NCBI GenBank assembly: GCA_009886115.1
Contig: VFJJ01000069.1
Location: forward strand, 1-64,000
DNA length: 64,000 bases
Reading direction: 5' to 3'
Source: Actinomycetota bacterium
GTDB taxonomy: Bacteria > Actinomycetota > Acidimicrobiia > IMCC26256 > VFJJ01
In this document: one piece after another, positions 1 to 11,722 of the stretch
How positions within the stretch are numbered: the first letter of the stretch is position 1
How the letters are laid out: every line of letters starts with the position of its first letter
Translations under genes and position numbers: made by a program
Notes under the pieces: model-generated
The model's input: the letters and a program-made list of their open reading frames with translations, nothing else
Told to the model about the DNA's origin: nothing
Database searches by the model: none

Positions 1-175
1 CAGGCGGCGTGACGTGGATCACCTCCCCCGCAGCCACCAACGCCAGGCCCGCACCACGGCCCTCATGGTCTTCGGCCTGGCGTTGGTGGTCGCACTGATC
101 TCGGCGTGCTCCCCGAGACCTCGCTCGAGAACGTCACGCTACGGGCGACCGTCACCCTCCCCGCGATCGACCGAG

Positions 176-919
176 TCAGCCGGACGAGCTCAGCTCCTCG
201 AGACGACGCAACCAAGGATGCGATGGCGCCGAGTGCGAGATGGCCGACGCCAGCCATTCCCGGCTCTCCGCGTCGAGGCGTGGGGCTGCGGCCTCGAAGT
301 CGGGAATGTCCTTCTGCCTGAGGTACCGGCTCTTGAACAAGAGCGCGATCTCCGGCGGGCTGTAGGGGATGCCCGCGAGCTCGTCGGGCGTCCAGAGCAT
401 CCTGACGCTGCGGTCGTAGCGATACACCCATTCGTCGCCCTCGAGCTTGGTCGCGAGCCATTCGACGGCCCAGGGCTGATCGGGGCCGCGTCGACTGACG
501 TAGCGGCGGATGTCGGGCGGCGGTCGGCGGTCACGCCACCGGATCCACGCGCCGTTGTCCACGTAGAAGTGCTCCCACGTCGGCATGGCCTTCAGGATCA
601 GATGCGCATCGTCGGACGCGATCTCGATGTCGAGATCGTGGGGCGGGCGCACGTAACCGACCTGTGCATTGACACAGAACATCCCGCTGACCCGCCAGCG
701 GATCCCTGAGCCCACGAGACACTGCTTCAGCTCGTTGAGCGGAAGCGGAGCGTGGTTCTCCCGGTCGACGAAGCGTCGACGGCGGAGCACGGCGCGGCGC
801 ACCCGTCGCATGTTGTACAGCAACGCCGACCGCTCGATCGGTCCGGACCCCGCCATCGCGTGGGTCGGCGGAACGGCGAGGTCGGAAGCTCGCTGCAGGA
901 GTTGCTGGAGGTTGCGCAC
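176..919 (-). CDS. Nucleotidyltransferase domain protein (ANT(2'')/LinA-like superfamily), atypical motif
   Basis: RPPHDLDIEI (DxD), W.YRYD, GIPYSPPEIALLFKS, RQKDIPDF and HPWL match the family layout; start uncertain (919 or 856). Confidence 0.6.
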   Translation of the reverse strand: MRNLQQLLQRASDLAVPPTHAMAGSGPIERSALLYNMRRVRRAVLRRRRFVDRENHAPLPLNELKQCLVGSGIRWRVSGMFCVNAQVGYVRPPHDLDIEIASDDAHLILKAMPTWEHFYVDNGAWIRWRDRRPPPDIRRYVSRRGPDQPWAVEWLATKLEGDEWVYRYDRSVRMLWTPDELAGIPYSPPEIALLFKSRYLRQKDIPDFEAAAPRLDAESREWLASAISHSAPSHPWLRRLEELSSSG

Positions 920-1033
920 ACCGGGGACATCGGCCCCCCGGGGGCGTCACCTGAGAGTTCGAGGAGCAGCTCTTTGCACCTTTCCGGGACATCTGAGCGG
1001 GCCGTCCCCATTCCGTCGGGACTGACGCCGACC

Positions 1034-1810
1034 TCACTGGATCGTGTAGCCCCCGTCGATGGCAACGGCGGCGCCCGACATGAACGATGCCGCCGGAGAC
1101 GCCAGCCAGATCACCAGCGCGGCGATCTCCTCGGGCTCGGCGATGCGACCGATCGGGTGCAGGGCGACCACCTGGGCCTCGTTCTCGGCGAGGTGATCGG
1201 GCCCGGCCGAGCCCAGCCAGTCGTTGACCATCTTGGTGCGGGCCGTGCCGGGGCAGATGGCGTTGATGCGTATCCCCTGAGCGCCGTACTCGAGCGCGGC
1301 GGTGCGCGTGAGGCCGATGACGCCGTGCTTGGCGGCGACGTAGGCGCACATCCCCGGGAAGCCGATCAGCCCGGCACCCGACGACGTGTTCACGATCGCT
1401 CCGCCGTCGCCATGCGCGAGGATCGCCGGGATCTGGTACTTCATCCCGTAGAAGACACCGCTCAGCATGACGCCGATCCCGCGCTCCCAGTCGTCGATCG
1501 GGTAGTCGGGGATGGGTTGGCCGGCGCCGACGATGCCCGCGTTGTTGTGGGCGATGTCGAGGCGGCCGAACTCCCCCACGGTCGTCTGCACGAGCTGCTC
1601 GACGGCTTCCGGTCGCGAGACGTCGGTGTGCACGAACAGCGCCGTGCCGCCCTCGGCGGTGATGGCATCCACCGTGGCTGCCCCACCGGCGTCGTCGACG
1701 TCGGCGCAGACCACCCGGGCCCCGAGGCGGGCGAGCATCGCTGCCGACGCCCGTCCGATCCCGTTGGCCGCACCGGTCACCATCGCCACCCGACCGTCGA
1801 ACTGAGCCAT
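1034..1810 (-). CDS. Classical SDR oxidoreductase
   Basis: TGAANGIG, NNAG, YVAAK; ATG at 1810 with purine-rich RBS upstream. Confidence 0.92.
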   Translation of the reverse strand: MAQFDGRVAMVTGAANGIGRASAAMLARLGARVVCADVDDAGGAATVDAITAEGGTALFVHTDVSRPEAVEQLVQTTVGEFGRLDIAHNNAGIVGAGQPIPDYPIDDWERGIGVMLSGVFYGMKYQIPAILAHGDGGAIVNTSSGAGLIGFPGMCAYVAAKHGVIGLTRTAALEYGAQGIRINAICPGTARTKMVNDWLGSAGPDHLAENEAQVVALHPIGRIAEPEEIAALVIWLASPAASFMSGAAVAIDGGYTIQ

Positions 1811-1972
1811 GCGCGATCCACCCTCCCCCACTGCGTCGTTCGCAGCCCGTGGCTCGGAGCCTAGGGAAACGGCCGGAGGGGCGCCGAGCCTCGGCCTCAC
1901 CGGCGAGCCGTGTCGGCGTGCGGGCTGCCGATCTACGCTCGCCCGACGAGCTCTCGACGCGACCGGGGTGAC

Positions 1973-3391
1973 ATGACGGTCCTTGGAACCACCGCACCCG
2001 TGCCCCCGCTGCTGCGACGGATCTCGAACGACGAGGTTGCGCCGCTCCCTCACGGACCGGCCGACCTGGCGGCGTTGGCCCGTCTGGCCCACGAGCTCCC
2101 CGACCGGGCTCGGCGGATGGGGCAGGGGATTCACGCCTACACCGAGCAGCGACGAGCGACGGCCGCGACGCTCCGGGCGATCGACGCGGCCCACGGGGGC
2201 GGCTTCTACCCCCTGAGCGAGGACACGACGCTCGATGTCGAAGCCGCCGACGCCGCGTTCTCGGGGCTGACCCCGGTGATCGACGTGCAGACGCACCTCG
2301 TCGACCCGCAGCGCTTCTCGGGCGCCCGCCAGGAGGCGCTGGCGGGCTTCTTGCGCATGGTCGACCCCGAGCGTTGGCCGGGTGCCGTCGACGGCCACGA
2401 GATCGACGCCGCCGCCTGGGCTGCGCTCGTGTTCGGCTCGAGCGAGACGGCGATCGCGTTGCTCACCTCGACCCCGGGACCGCACGACGACAACGTGCTC
2501 ACGAACCGCCAGATCGCCGCGGCTCGCGACCTCGTCGACCGCTACGCCGGCAGCGGACGCGTCCTCACGCACACGATCGTGCACCCCAACCTCGGCCGCC
2601 ACGAGATCGACGCCATCGACGACCTGCGCCGATCGCTGCGACCCTCGGCGTGGAAGGTCTACACGCTGTTCGGCCCTCCGACGCCAAGCTCGCCCGACGG
2701 CGGCTGGTTCCTCGACGACGACATCGGGATGGCGTTCCTCGACCGGGTGAACCAGGTCGGCCCGAGGATCGTCTGTGCGCACAAGGGCCTGGGCGGACCG
2801 ATCCCGTCGGCGTCGGTTCGGACGGCCTCCCCGCGCGACATCGGACCGGCCGCCGCGGCCTTCCCCGGGATCGACTTCGTCGTCTACCACTCGGGCTACG
2901 AGCGCGATCCCGACGGTCACGAAGGCGCGTACGACCTTCGCGCTCCCCTCGACGGGCTCACCGGCGTCGACCGTCTCGTGCGCTCCGTGTCGGATGCCGG
3001 TCTGGGCGCGGGAGCAAACGTCTACGCGGAGCTCGGCAGCACGTGGTTCCTCATGCTGCGCCGCCCTCGCGAAGCGGCTCACGTGCTCGGCAAGTTGCTC
3101 ATGGCCTTGGGGCCCAAACGCATCCTCTGGGGCACCGACAGCATCTGGTACGGCTCGCCGCAGCCGTTGATCGACGCCTTTCGCGCCTTCGAGATCCCCG
3201 AGGCCATGCAGGAGCAGCACGGGTATCCCGCGCTCACCACGGCGATCAAGGAACGGATCCTCGGCGGCAACGCCCAGGCTCTGTACGCCATATCCGACGA
3301 ACACCTCGGCCGCGCGGTCAACGATCGGGAGCGCACCTGGACCAGCGAGGCGGCGACCGACCTGCGCGCCGCCGTCGACGCCGCGAGCTGA
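1973..3391 (+). CDS. Amidohydrolase_2 family protein with N-terminal extension
   Basis: IDVQTH, CAHKG, VYHSG, NVYAELGSTW, LWGTDSIW, ILGGNA. Confidence 0.85.
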   Translation: MTVLGTTAPVPPLLRRISNDEVAPLPHGPADLAALARLAHELPDRARRMGQGIHAYTEQRRATAATLRAIDAAHGGGFYPLSEDTTLDVEAADAAFSGLTPVIDVQTHLVDPQRFSGARQEALAGFLRMVDPERWPGAVDGHEIDAAAWAALVFGSSETAIALLTSTPGPHDDNVLTNRQIAAARDLVDRYAGSGRVLTHTIVHPNLGRHEIDAIDDLRRSLRPSAWKVYTLFGPPTPSSPDGGWFLDDDIGMAFLDRVNQVGPRIVCAHKGLGGPIPSASVRTASPRDIGPAAAAFPGIDFVVYHSGYERDPDGHEGAYDLRAPLDGLTGVDRLVRSVSDAGLGAGANVYAELGSTWFLMLRRPREAAHVLGKLLMALGPKRILWGTDSIWYGSPQPLIDAFRAFEIPEAMQEQHGYPALTTAIKERILGGNAQALYAISDEHLGRAVNDRERTWTSEAATDLRAAVDAAS

Positions 3392-3496
3392 CCGGCTCGG
3401 CTCGACCGCGTCACGAGCGGCCGCCCAGGGGAAACGAATGGCCCGAGACGACCGAGCGAGAGCAGCCCGGCCGGGAGCCGATCGTCGAGGCCGGGG

Positions 3497-3525
3497 TTGA
3501 CGAGTTCCGGATCCGGTCATAATGT
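3497..3525 (+). promoter_or_regulatory. Sigma70-type promoter of the sulfur operon
   Basis: TTGACG (3497-3502), 17-bp spacer, TAATGT (3520-3525); spacer contains palindrome CCGGATCCGG (3507-3516). Confidence 0.6.
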
Positions 3526-3552
3526 ACGGACATTCGGCTATCTGGTACGTTG

Positions 3553-3610
3553 AGAGCACCAGAGCACCAGAGCACCAGAGCACCAGAGCACCAGAGCACC
3601 AGAGCACCAG
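3553..3610. repeat. Tandem repeat (AGAGCACC)x7 plus AG
   Basis: Seven perfect 8-bp units ending 21 bp before ATG 3632. Confidence 0.97.
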
Positions 3611-3631
3611 ATCCCGAGCCTGGGAGTTCGC

Positions 3632-5067
<1,436 letters not shown>

Positions 5068-5071
<4 letters not shown>

Positions 5072-6594
5072 CGCGCTACGCCTTCTTGATCGACCACGAC
5101 ACCTGCATCGGCTGCCACGCCTGCACCGTGGCGTGCAAGGCCGAGCACGAGGTGCCGGTCGGGGTCAATCGCACGTGGGTGAAGTACATCGAGAAGGGGC
5201 TCTTCCCCGACTCGCGCCGCTTCTACTCGGTGAATCGCTGCAACCACTGCGACGACGCTCCGTGCGTGGCGATCTGCCCCACCACGGCGCTCTTCCGCCG
5301 CGACGACGGCATCGTCGACTTCGACGACTCGTCGTGCATCGGGTGCAAGTCGTGCATGAACGCCTGCCCGTACGACGCGATCTACATCAACCCCGAGACC
5401 CAGACCGCCCACAAGTGCAACTTCTGCGCCCACCGCATCGAGGTGGGTCTCGAGCCCAGCTGCGTCATCGTGTGCCCGACCCAGTCGATCTTCGCCGGCG
5501 ACATCGAAGATCCGACCAGCAGCATCAGCGTCATGCTGAGCCGCCACCCCACCAAGGTGCGCTCGCCCGAGCAGGGCACGCGCCCTCACGTGTTCTACAA
5601 GGGCGCCGACGAGGCCGCCCTCGATCCGCTGCGGACGCGGATCGCCTCCGACGGGATGATCTGGGCCGACACGACCGAGCACCATCCGACCCTCGCCGTC
5701 GAGCCGTCCGGGCACGGGAGCCAGGTCGTGGCCCGCACCGCGTACACCACCGAGCACCCGATGGCCTGGAAGGGCAAGGTCTCTGCCTACCTCGTCACCA
5801 AGGCCGTCAGCGCCGGCGCGCTCATGGTGGGCGCGCTCGCGGTGCTGCTGGGCCATGCCGACGAGCGGGCCTTCGTGGGGATCGCCCTCCCGATCGTGGC
5901 CCTCATCTTCGCCGGCGTCACCGGGGCTCTGCTGGTCGCAGATCTCAAGCAGCCCAAGCGGTTCCTGTACATCTTCACCCGCCCCCAATGGGGCTCGTGG
6001 TTGGTACGCGGCGCCTTCGTCCTCCTCGGGTACGGCCTCCTCGCCTCGCTGTGGCTGCTCGGCGGCCTGCTCGACGCGCCGGGCCTCATCGAGGCCATCG
6101 CCGCCCCCTCGGCCCTCTTCGCTGCGGGCACGGCCGGCTACACCGCATTCCTGTTCGGCCAGTGCGAGGGACGCGACATGTGGCAGACGCCGCTCCTCCT
6201 GCCGATCCTGTTGGCCCAGGCGGGCATCGGCGGGGCCGGGACCGCGCTGGTGCTCGCTCCGTTGTTCGATCTCCCCGGCGAGTTGACGACGGCGTCGCGC
6301 TGGATGCTGCTCGCCAGCGTGCTGCTGGCTGGGTTCCTGATCGCCACCGAGCTCACGAGCAAGGGCACGGTGCATGTGGAGCTAGCCCAGGGCGCCATGA
6401 CCAGGGGCCCGTACCGGGGCCGGTTCTGGGCCAGCATCGGCATCGGGATGGTGGCGGCAGGTGTGCTCGCCGCGATCGCGATCGGGGCCGACTCCGAGAG
6501 CGTGGCGCTCCTCGCCGGGATCGCTGCCATCGCCGGGGTTGCGTTGTACGAGGACGCCTTCGTTCGGGCCGGGCAATCGGTCCCCCTCTCGTGA
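5068..6594 (+). CDS. 4Fe-4S dicluster protein fused to NrfD/PsrC-type membrane anchor
   Basis: CIGCHAC, CNHCDDAPC, CIGCKSC, KCNFC; then multiple TM helices with DLKQPKRF; ATGA overlap with upstream gene. Confidence 0.9.
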
Positions 6595-6603
6595 GGATCG
6601 GCC

Positions 6604-9555
6604 GTGGCTCTGCTCGATGACCTGCACCGCGCGGCCCAGGCCAACCTGGCCCGCATCGTGCCCGGCAGCCAGCTCACCAACTACGCGCCCGTCGAGCGGT
6701 GGGACGACTGGGAGGAGCTTGATGCCAAAGCGTGGGCGCACGGCGAGCGCAAGAAGCGCCGTTTTCGGCTGATCCCGACGACGTGCTTCAACTGCGAGGC
6801 ATGTTGCGGCCTGCTGGCCTACGTCGACAAGGACACGGGCCAGATCGCCAAGTTCGAAGGGAACCCGACGCACCCCGCGAGCCGCGGACGTAACTGCGCC
6901 AAGGGACCGGCGACGATCACCCAGGTCTACGACCCCGAGCGCATCCTGTATCCGCTCAAGCGAGCCGGGCGCCGGGGCGAGGGGAAGTGGGAACGGGTCA
7001 CCTGGGACCAGGCATTGAGCGAGATCGGCAGCCGTATCGGAACGGCCTTTCGGGAAGGCCGCCACGACGAGGTCATCTACCACGTCGGCCGGCCGGGCGA
7101 CGACAGCTACATGGAGCGGGTGCTCAACGCCTGGGGCATCGACGGCCACAACAGCCACACCAACATCTGCTCGTCGGGCGCCCGGGTCGGTTATGCGGTG
7201 TGGATGGGCTTCGACCGTCCGTCGGGCGACCACGCGAATGCCAAGGTCATCTTCCTCATCTCGTCGCATCTCGAAGCTGGGCACTACTTCAATCCGCACG
7301 CCCAGCGGATCATCGAGGGCAAGATGCGCGGCGCCAAGATCATCTGCGTCGACCCCCGCCTCTCGAACACGGCGTCGATGAGCGACCACTGGTTGCCCGT
7401 GTGGCCGGGCACCGAAGCGGCCATGCTCCTCGCTGTCGCCCGGCTGCTCGTGCAGAAGGGCGCGTGGGACAAGGAGTTCGTGCGGCGCTGGGTGAACTGG
7501 GAGCACTTCCTGGCCGAGTCGCGTCCCGACCTCGAGTGCACGTTCGAGAACGTGGGGCCGGCGCTCATCGAGCACTACGCCGAGTTCACGCCCGAGTACG
7601 CGGCCCGGATCTGCGGTATCGACGAGCAACGCATCCGAGATGTCGCCGACGTCGTGGCCACGTCGGTTCCCGGGCGGTTCAGCTCGCACAACTGGCGTGC
7701 TGCGGCGGCTGGGAACGAGGGCGGCTGGCAGGTGGCCCGGTGCCTGTGGTTGCTCAACGTGCTCACCGGATCGGTCGGCACCGAGGGCGGGGTGAGCCCC
7801 AACGGGTGGAACAAGTTCATCCCCGTCCCCCCCAAGCCCGTGCATCCTCAGGGACGCTGGAACGCTCTCACCTGGCCGGCCGAGTACCCGCTCGCGCACC
7901 ACGAGGCCTCGATCCTGCTACCCCACTTCCTCAAGGAAGGTCGGGGCAAGATCGACACCTATTTCAGTCGGGTGTACAACCCGGTGTGGACCAATCCCGA
8001 CGGCTTCTCCTGGCTCGAGGCGCTCACCGACGAATCGCTGGTGGGCTGTCACGTGGCTCTCACGCCCACGTGGTCGGAGAGCGCGTGGTTCGCCGATTAC
8101 GTGCTGCCGATGGGCAACGGCGCCGAGCGCCACGACCTGGCGTCGTACGAGACCCACAGCGGGCGCTGGATCGGCTTCCGTCAACCGGTGTTCAGGGTCA
8201 ACGCCGAGAAGGAAGGCCGGCCCGTCCACCGCACGTACGAAGCCAACCCGGGTGAGGTGTGGGAGGAGCAGGAGTTCTGGATCGACCTGTCGTGGCAGGT
8301 CGATCCCGACGGCTCGCTCGACATCCGCCGGCATTTCGAGTCGGTGAAGAACCCTGGCGAGCCGCTCGGCATCGACGAGTACTACGAGCTCCTGTTCGGC
8401 ACCTCGATACCGGGCCTGCCCGAAGCGGCCGCTGCCGAGGGGCTCATGCCCTTGGCGTACATGCGCAAGTACGGCGCTTTCGAGATACCAGGGAACCAGT
8501 ACGCCGTACACGAGCGTGAGGTCGGCGCCGACGAGATCGAGCGTCTGGGCGCGGTGCGCGACGACGGCGGCGTGTACCGGGTTCCCGGCACCGCCGGCAT
8601 GTACGACTCGCTCGACGAGATCGACGGGCACATGCCGTTCATCGGAGACGGCTCGCTCGGTGTCGAGATCGACGGACGGGTGAGGTTCGGGTTTCCCACG
8701 CCCTCGCGCAAGCTCGAGATGTACTCCGACGTGCTGCGCGACTGGGGCTGGCCCGAGTACGTGATGCCCGGCTTCATCAAGAGCCACGTGCACTGGGAAG
8801 ACCTCGATCTGGCGGCCGGCGAACGGATCCTGTTACCCACCTTCAGGATTCCGACGCTCATCCACACACGGTCGGCTCAGGCCAAGTGGTTGGCCGAGAT
8901 CAGCCACTCGCACCCGATGTGGATCCATCCGAGCGACGCCGAGCAGCTCGGTATCGCGCCCAACGGCCTCGTGCGGATCACGACGAGCATCGGCCACTTC
9001 GTGATCAAGGCCTGGCGCACCGAGGGGATCCGCCCCGGCGTCGTCGGTGTGTCGCACCACATGGGCCGATGGCGCCTCGACGAGAGCTCGGGGACGTCGC
9101 GTTACTCGTCCGGCCTCAGCGCCATCGCCGGTCCCGACGCCACCTTCGGCCCCGCCGAGGTGCCGAGTGGTCAGCCCGGCCAGTGGAACATGACCCAGGT
9201 TCACGGTGCAGCGCCGTTCGAGTCGTCCGACCCCGACAGCTCACGGGTGTGGTGGAGCGATGCCGGCGTGCACCAGAACCTCACGTTCGGAGTCCAGCCC
9301 GACCCGGTATCGGGCATGCACTGCTGGCTCCAGCGAGTCACCGTCGCCCCGGCCCGGCCCGACGATCGCTACGGCGACATCGCGGTCGACACCCGGAAGT
9401 CGACGCTCATCTATCGCGAGTGGTTGGCCAAGACCAGGCCCGGCCCCGGACCCGGCGGGCTGCGCCGCCCGTTGTGGTTCGCCCGCCCGGTGAAGCCACA
9501 GGCGACGGCGTACGGCACCGCACCGACACCCGCATCGACACCCGGTGAAGGGTGA
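6604..9555 (+). CDS. Mo-bisPGD oxidoreductase catalytic subunit (polysulfide/thiosulfate reductase-like), no Tat signal
   Basis: CFNCEACC...CAKG FS0 cluster, ERILYPLKR, HTNICS (putative Cys ligand), C-terminal WIHPSDA dinucleotide-binding domain. Confidence 0.88.
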   Translation: MALLDDLHRAAQANLARIVPGSQLTNYAPVERWDDWEELDAKAWAHGERKKRRFRLIPTTCFNCEACCGLLAYVDKDTGQIAKFEGNPTHPASRGRNCAKGPATITQVYDPERILYPLKRAGRRGEGKWERVTWDQALSEIGSRIGTAFREGRHDEVIYHVGRPGDDSYMERVLNAWGIDGHNSHTNICSSGARVGYAVWMGFDRPSGDHANAKVIFLISSHLEAGHYFNPHAQRIIEGKMRGAKIICVDPRLSNTASMSDHWLPVWPGTEAAMLLAVARLLVQKGAWDKEFVRRWVNWEHFLAESRPDLECTFENVGPALIEHYAEFTPEYAARICGIDEQRIRDVADVVATSVPGRFSSHNWRAAAAGNEGGWQVARCLWLLNVLTGSVGTEGGVSPNGWNKFIPVPPKPVHPQGRWNALTWPAEYPLAHHEASILLPHFLKEGRGKIDTYFSRVYNPVWTNPDGFSWLEALTDESLVGCHVALTPTWSESAWFADYVLPMGNGAERHDLASYETHSGRWIGFRQPVFRVNAEKEGRPVHRTYEANPGEVWEEQEFWIDLSWQVDPDGSLDIRRHFESVKNPGEPLGIDEYYELLFGTSIPGLPEAAAAEGLMPLAYMRKYGAFEIPGNQYAVHEREVGADEIERLGAVRDDGGVYRVPGTAGMYDSLDEIDGHMPFIGDGSLGVEIDGRVRFGFPTPSRKLEMYSDVLRDWGWPEYVMPGFIKSHVHWEDLDLAAGERILLPTFRIPTLIHTRSAQAKWLAEISHSHPMWIHPSDAEQLGIAPNGLVRITTSIGHFVIKAWRTEGIRPGVVGVSHHMGRWRLDESSGTSRYSSGLSAIAGPDATFGPAEVPSGQPGQWNMTQVHGAAPFESSDPDSSRVWWSDAGVHQNLTFGVQPDPVSGMHCWLQRVTVAPARPDDRYGDIAVDTRKSTLIYREWLAKTRPGPGPGGLRRPLWFARPVKPQATAYGTAPTPASTPGEG

Positions 9556-10747
9556 CGGACCTCGTGCATCGTCTCGGCAAAGCGGCGGGCTGACGGTGAC
9601 CACCGACCTCGCGCAGCTCGCCGACCGCCGGGCGGGGTTGGCTGCGCTGCTCGGCCTGTTGTTGTTGGAGGAACCTGGGCCCGGCTTGGCTGATCTGGTG
9701 GCGACCGTCGCCGCTGTGGCCCCTCTGGCTTCAGGTGAGCCAGGAATCGCCGCCGAGTACGAGCGCTGTTTCCTGCGCGGCGTGCCGCTGTACGAGAGCG
9801 TGTTCCTCGGCGACGACGGCCGGTGCGGCGGTCCCGTGGTCGCCGATGTGGTCGAGAGCTACGCCCGGCACGGATTCACCGAGCACAGCGAACGGCGGTG
9901 GCGGGTTGCTGGCCCCGACCACCTCGGACTCGAGCTGCGCTGCTACGCATCGCTGTGCCGGGAGGAGGCGCACGCGTGGCGCAGCGACGTCACCGACGCA
10001 GCCGTCGCGGCCGTCGAGACCGAACGGGTCTTCCTCGCGCGTCACCTGGCTCGATGGGCCGAGCTGGCCCTGCTCGCGTGTGCCCGGCGGGCCGGCGACG
10101 GCCCGTACGCCCCCGCGATCGACGCCGTGCTGGGCTTCGTGCGCGAGGAGCACGACCGCCTCCGCCCGGCACCCACGCTCTCGATGCACGCACCCGGCGT
10201 CGGCGCGTCCGCGGCGTCCGACGACGCCTCGGACGCGCCGAGCCTCCCGACCAACCTCGGACCGGCCCGCCTGGCCCGACTGCTCCTCGCTCCGCAGTCC
10301 TGCGGCACGTGGCTCCCGCACGAAGCGATCGAGGCCGCGGCCCGCTCGATCGGGGTTCCGTGGCGGCCGAGCGACACGCGCAGCGCGCTCAGGCACGTCA
10401 TCGAGTCGGCTCACGACGAGGGGCGCCTCGGTGCGGTGCTGTCGGTGCTGGCCGTCGTCGTCGAGGAGGAGGCGGTGGCGCATGCCGCCCGCGCCGCTGC
10501 CGAGCCGGGCACCGCCGCAACCTGGATGGGCTGGGCCCGCCGAGCAGAAGCCATGGCTCTGCTCCTCCGGAGGATCATCGCCGACGGTCGACTGGGGCGA
10601 GCCGGGCACGCGGTGTCGGAGACCCTGGTCGTCCGCGGGCCTGTCGACGGTGACGGCGCGGCTCTGGCCGACATCATCGACCGCATCGTCGTCGAGCTCA
10701 CCGCTGCCGGTCTTCATGTCGAGCGGAGCTCCTCTCCCCACGAGTGA
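9545..10747 (+). CDS. TorD/DmsD-family redox enzyme maturation chaperone with C-terminal extension
   Basis: PLYESVF, PDHLGLEL, FLARHL; start may be GTG 9596. Confidence 0.78.
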   Translation: MKGDGPRASSRQSGGLTVTTDLAQLADRRAGLAALLGLLLLEEPGPGLADLVATVAAVAPLASGEPGIAAEYERCFLRGVPLYESVFLGDDGRCGGPVVADVVESYARHGFTEHSERRWRVAGPDHLGLELRCYASLCREEAHAWRSDVTDAAVAAVETERVFLARHLARWAELALLACARRAGDGPYAPAIDAVLGFVREEHDRLRPAPTLSMHAPGVGASAASDDASDAPSLPTNLGPARLARLLLAPQSCGTWLPHEAIEAAARSIGVPWRPSDTRSALRHVIESAHDEGRLGAVLSVLAVVVEEEAVAHAARAAAEPGTAATWMGWARRAEAMALLLRRIIADGRLGRAGHAVSETLVVRGPVDGDGAALADIIDRIVVELTAAGLHVERSSSPHE

Positions 10748-10975
10748 TCGCGATGGTGTGCTGTCGAGCCCGTGCCGGCACGGAGATGCGCCAGCACTCG
10801 CCGACCCCTCGCATCGCACGGGTGGGCGGGCGGGCGCCTGCGTGAACAGCATCACCGTCAGCTCGACGCGCTCGTCACCCGACGCCTCGGCGACCGAGCC
10901 CAACGAGCGCAGGCGGACGATCCATTTCCGCTGCGCCATGGACCCAGGCTCGCGCGTTCGGCCGACGGGCGCCCG

Positions 10976-11692
10976 TCAGACGCCGGGGTTCCAGACGATC
11001 GAGTCGTCGACGGGCCGGCGGGGCGACGGCGTGAAGTCGCCGCCGGTCGGATAGGCCACGGGGATCAGCGCGGTCTGGTACCACGATTCGGGAATCCCGA
11101 GGATCGCCGCCATCGCCGGCTGGTCGAGCTGGTGCGCGGTCGTGAGCGCCGAGGCCAGACCCCGGCTGCGAACGGCGAGCTGGAAGCTCCACACCGCCGG
11201 GTAGATCGACGCGAACATCCCCGACTCCATGGTTGCCGGCACGTGCGACGGCCCGATCAGCGTGCCGTAGCGGGCCTGGGCCGCCACGATGTCGTAGCAG
11301 GGGATCACGAGGATGGGCACCTCGCCCATGTGCTGGGCGAGGTGGATGATCGAGCTCGAGATGCGGGCGCCCGCCTCGTCGCCCGCGGCCAGCTTCGCCG
11401 CCAGCATGGTGGAGACGACGGGCTCGGTGAGGATGCGGTACTGCTCACCGACCGTCCGCTTGAGCCCGGGATCGTCGATCACGATCCACTTCCACTCCTG
11501 GGCATTGGATGCGTTCGGTGAGTAGGCGGCGAGCCGGATGCACTCGACGATCATCTCCCGGGGCACGGGCCGTTCGAGATCGAGCCGCCGCCGCACCGCC
11601 TTGGTGGTGGTGAGGAGCCGATCGGTCTGAGCCGTGTCGAACGGAACCCCGCTGAGCCCGGCGACCTCGGGCGGGTCGGGCTGCTCGGCCAC
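10976..11692 (-). CDS. Nitroreductase family protein
   Basis: TTTKAVRRRLD, SPNASNAQEW, FQLAVRSRGL. Confidence 0.88.
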   Translation of the reverse strand: MAEQPDPPEVAGLSGVPFDTAQTDRLLTTTKAVRRRLDLERPVPREMIVECIRLAAYSPNASNAQEWKWIVIDDPGLKRTVGEQYRILTEPVVSTMLAAKLAAGDEAGARISSSIIHLAQHMGEVPILVIPCYDIVAAQARYGTLIGPSHVPATMESGMFASIYPAVWSFQLAVRSRGLASALTTAHQLDQPAMAAILGIPESWYQTALIPVAYPTGGDFTPSPRRPVDDSIVWNPGV

Positions 11693-11722
11693 GGGGCTAT
11701 CTCCCTCGTACGTGGACCATCG

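Noticed and set aside
1..175. Possible frameshifted membrane-protein fragment at the window start
   Set aside because: Short hydrophobic stretch with no recognisable motif; upstream context missing
1034..3607. 857-aa minus-strand ORF as one protein
   Set aside because: Only the last 258 aa (SDR) look real; the rest is antisense to the amidohydrolase and the SSR
3553..3610. Possible CRISPR array
   Set aside because: Contiguous 8-bp units with no spacers and no cas genes
6604..9555. Selenocysteine-containing formate dehydrogenase
   Set aside because: No in-frame TGA and no FDH C/U-H motif; NrfD-type anchor points to the Psr-like group
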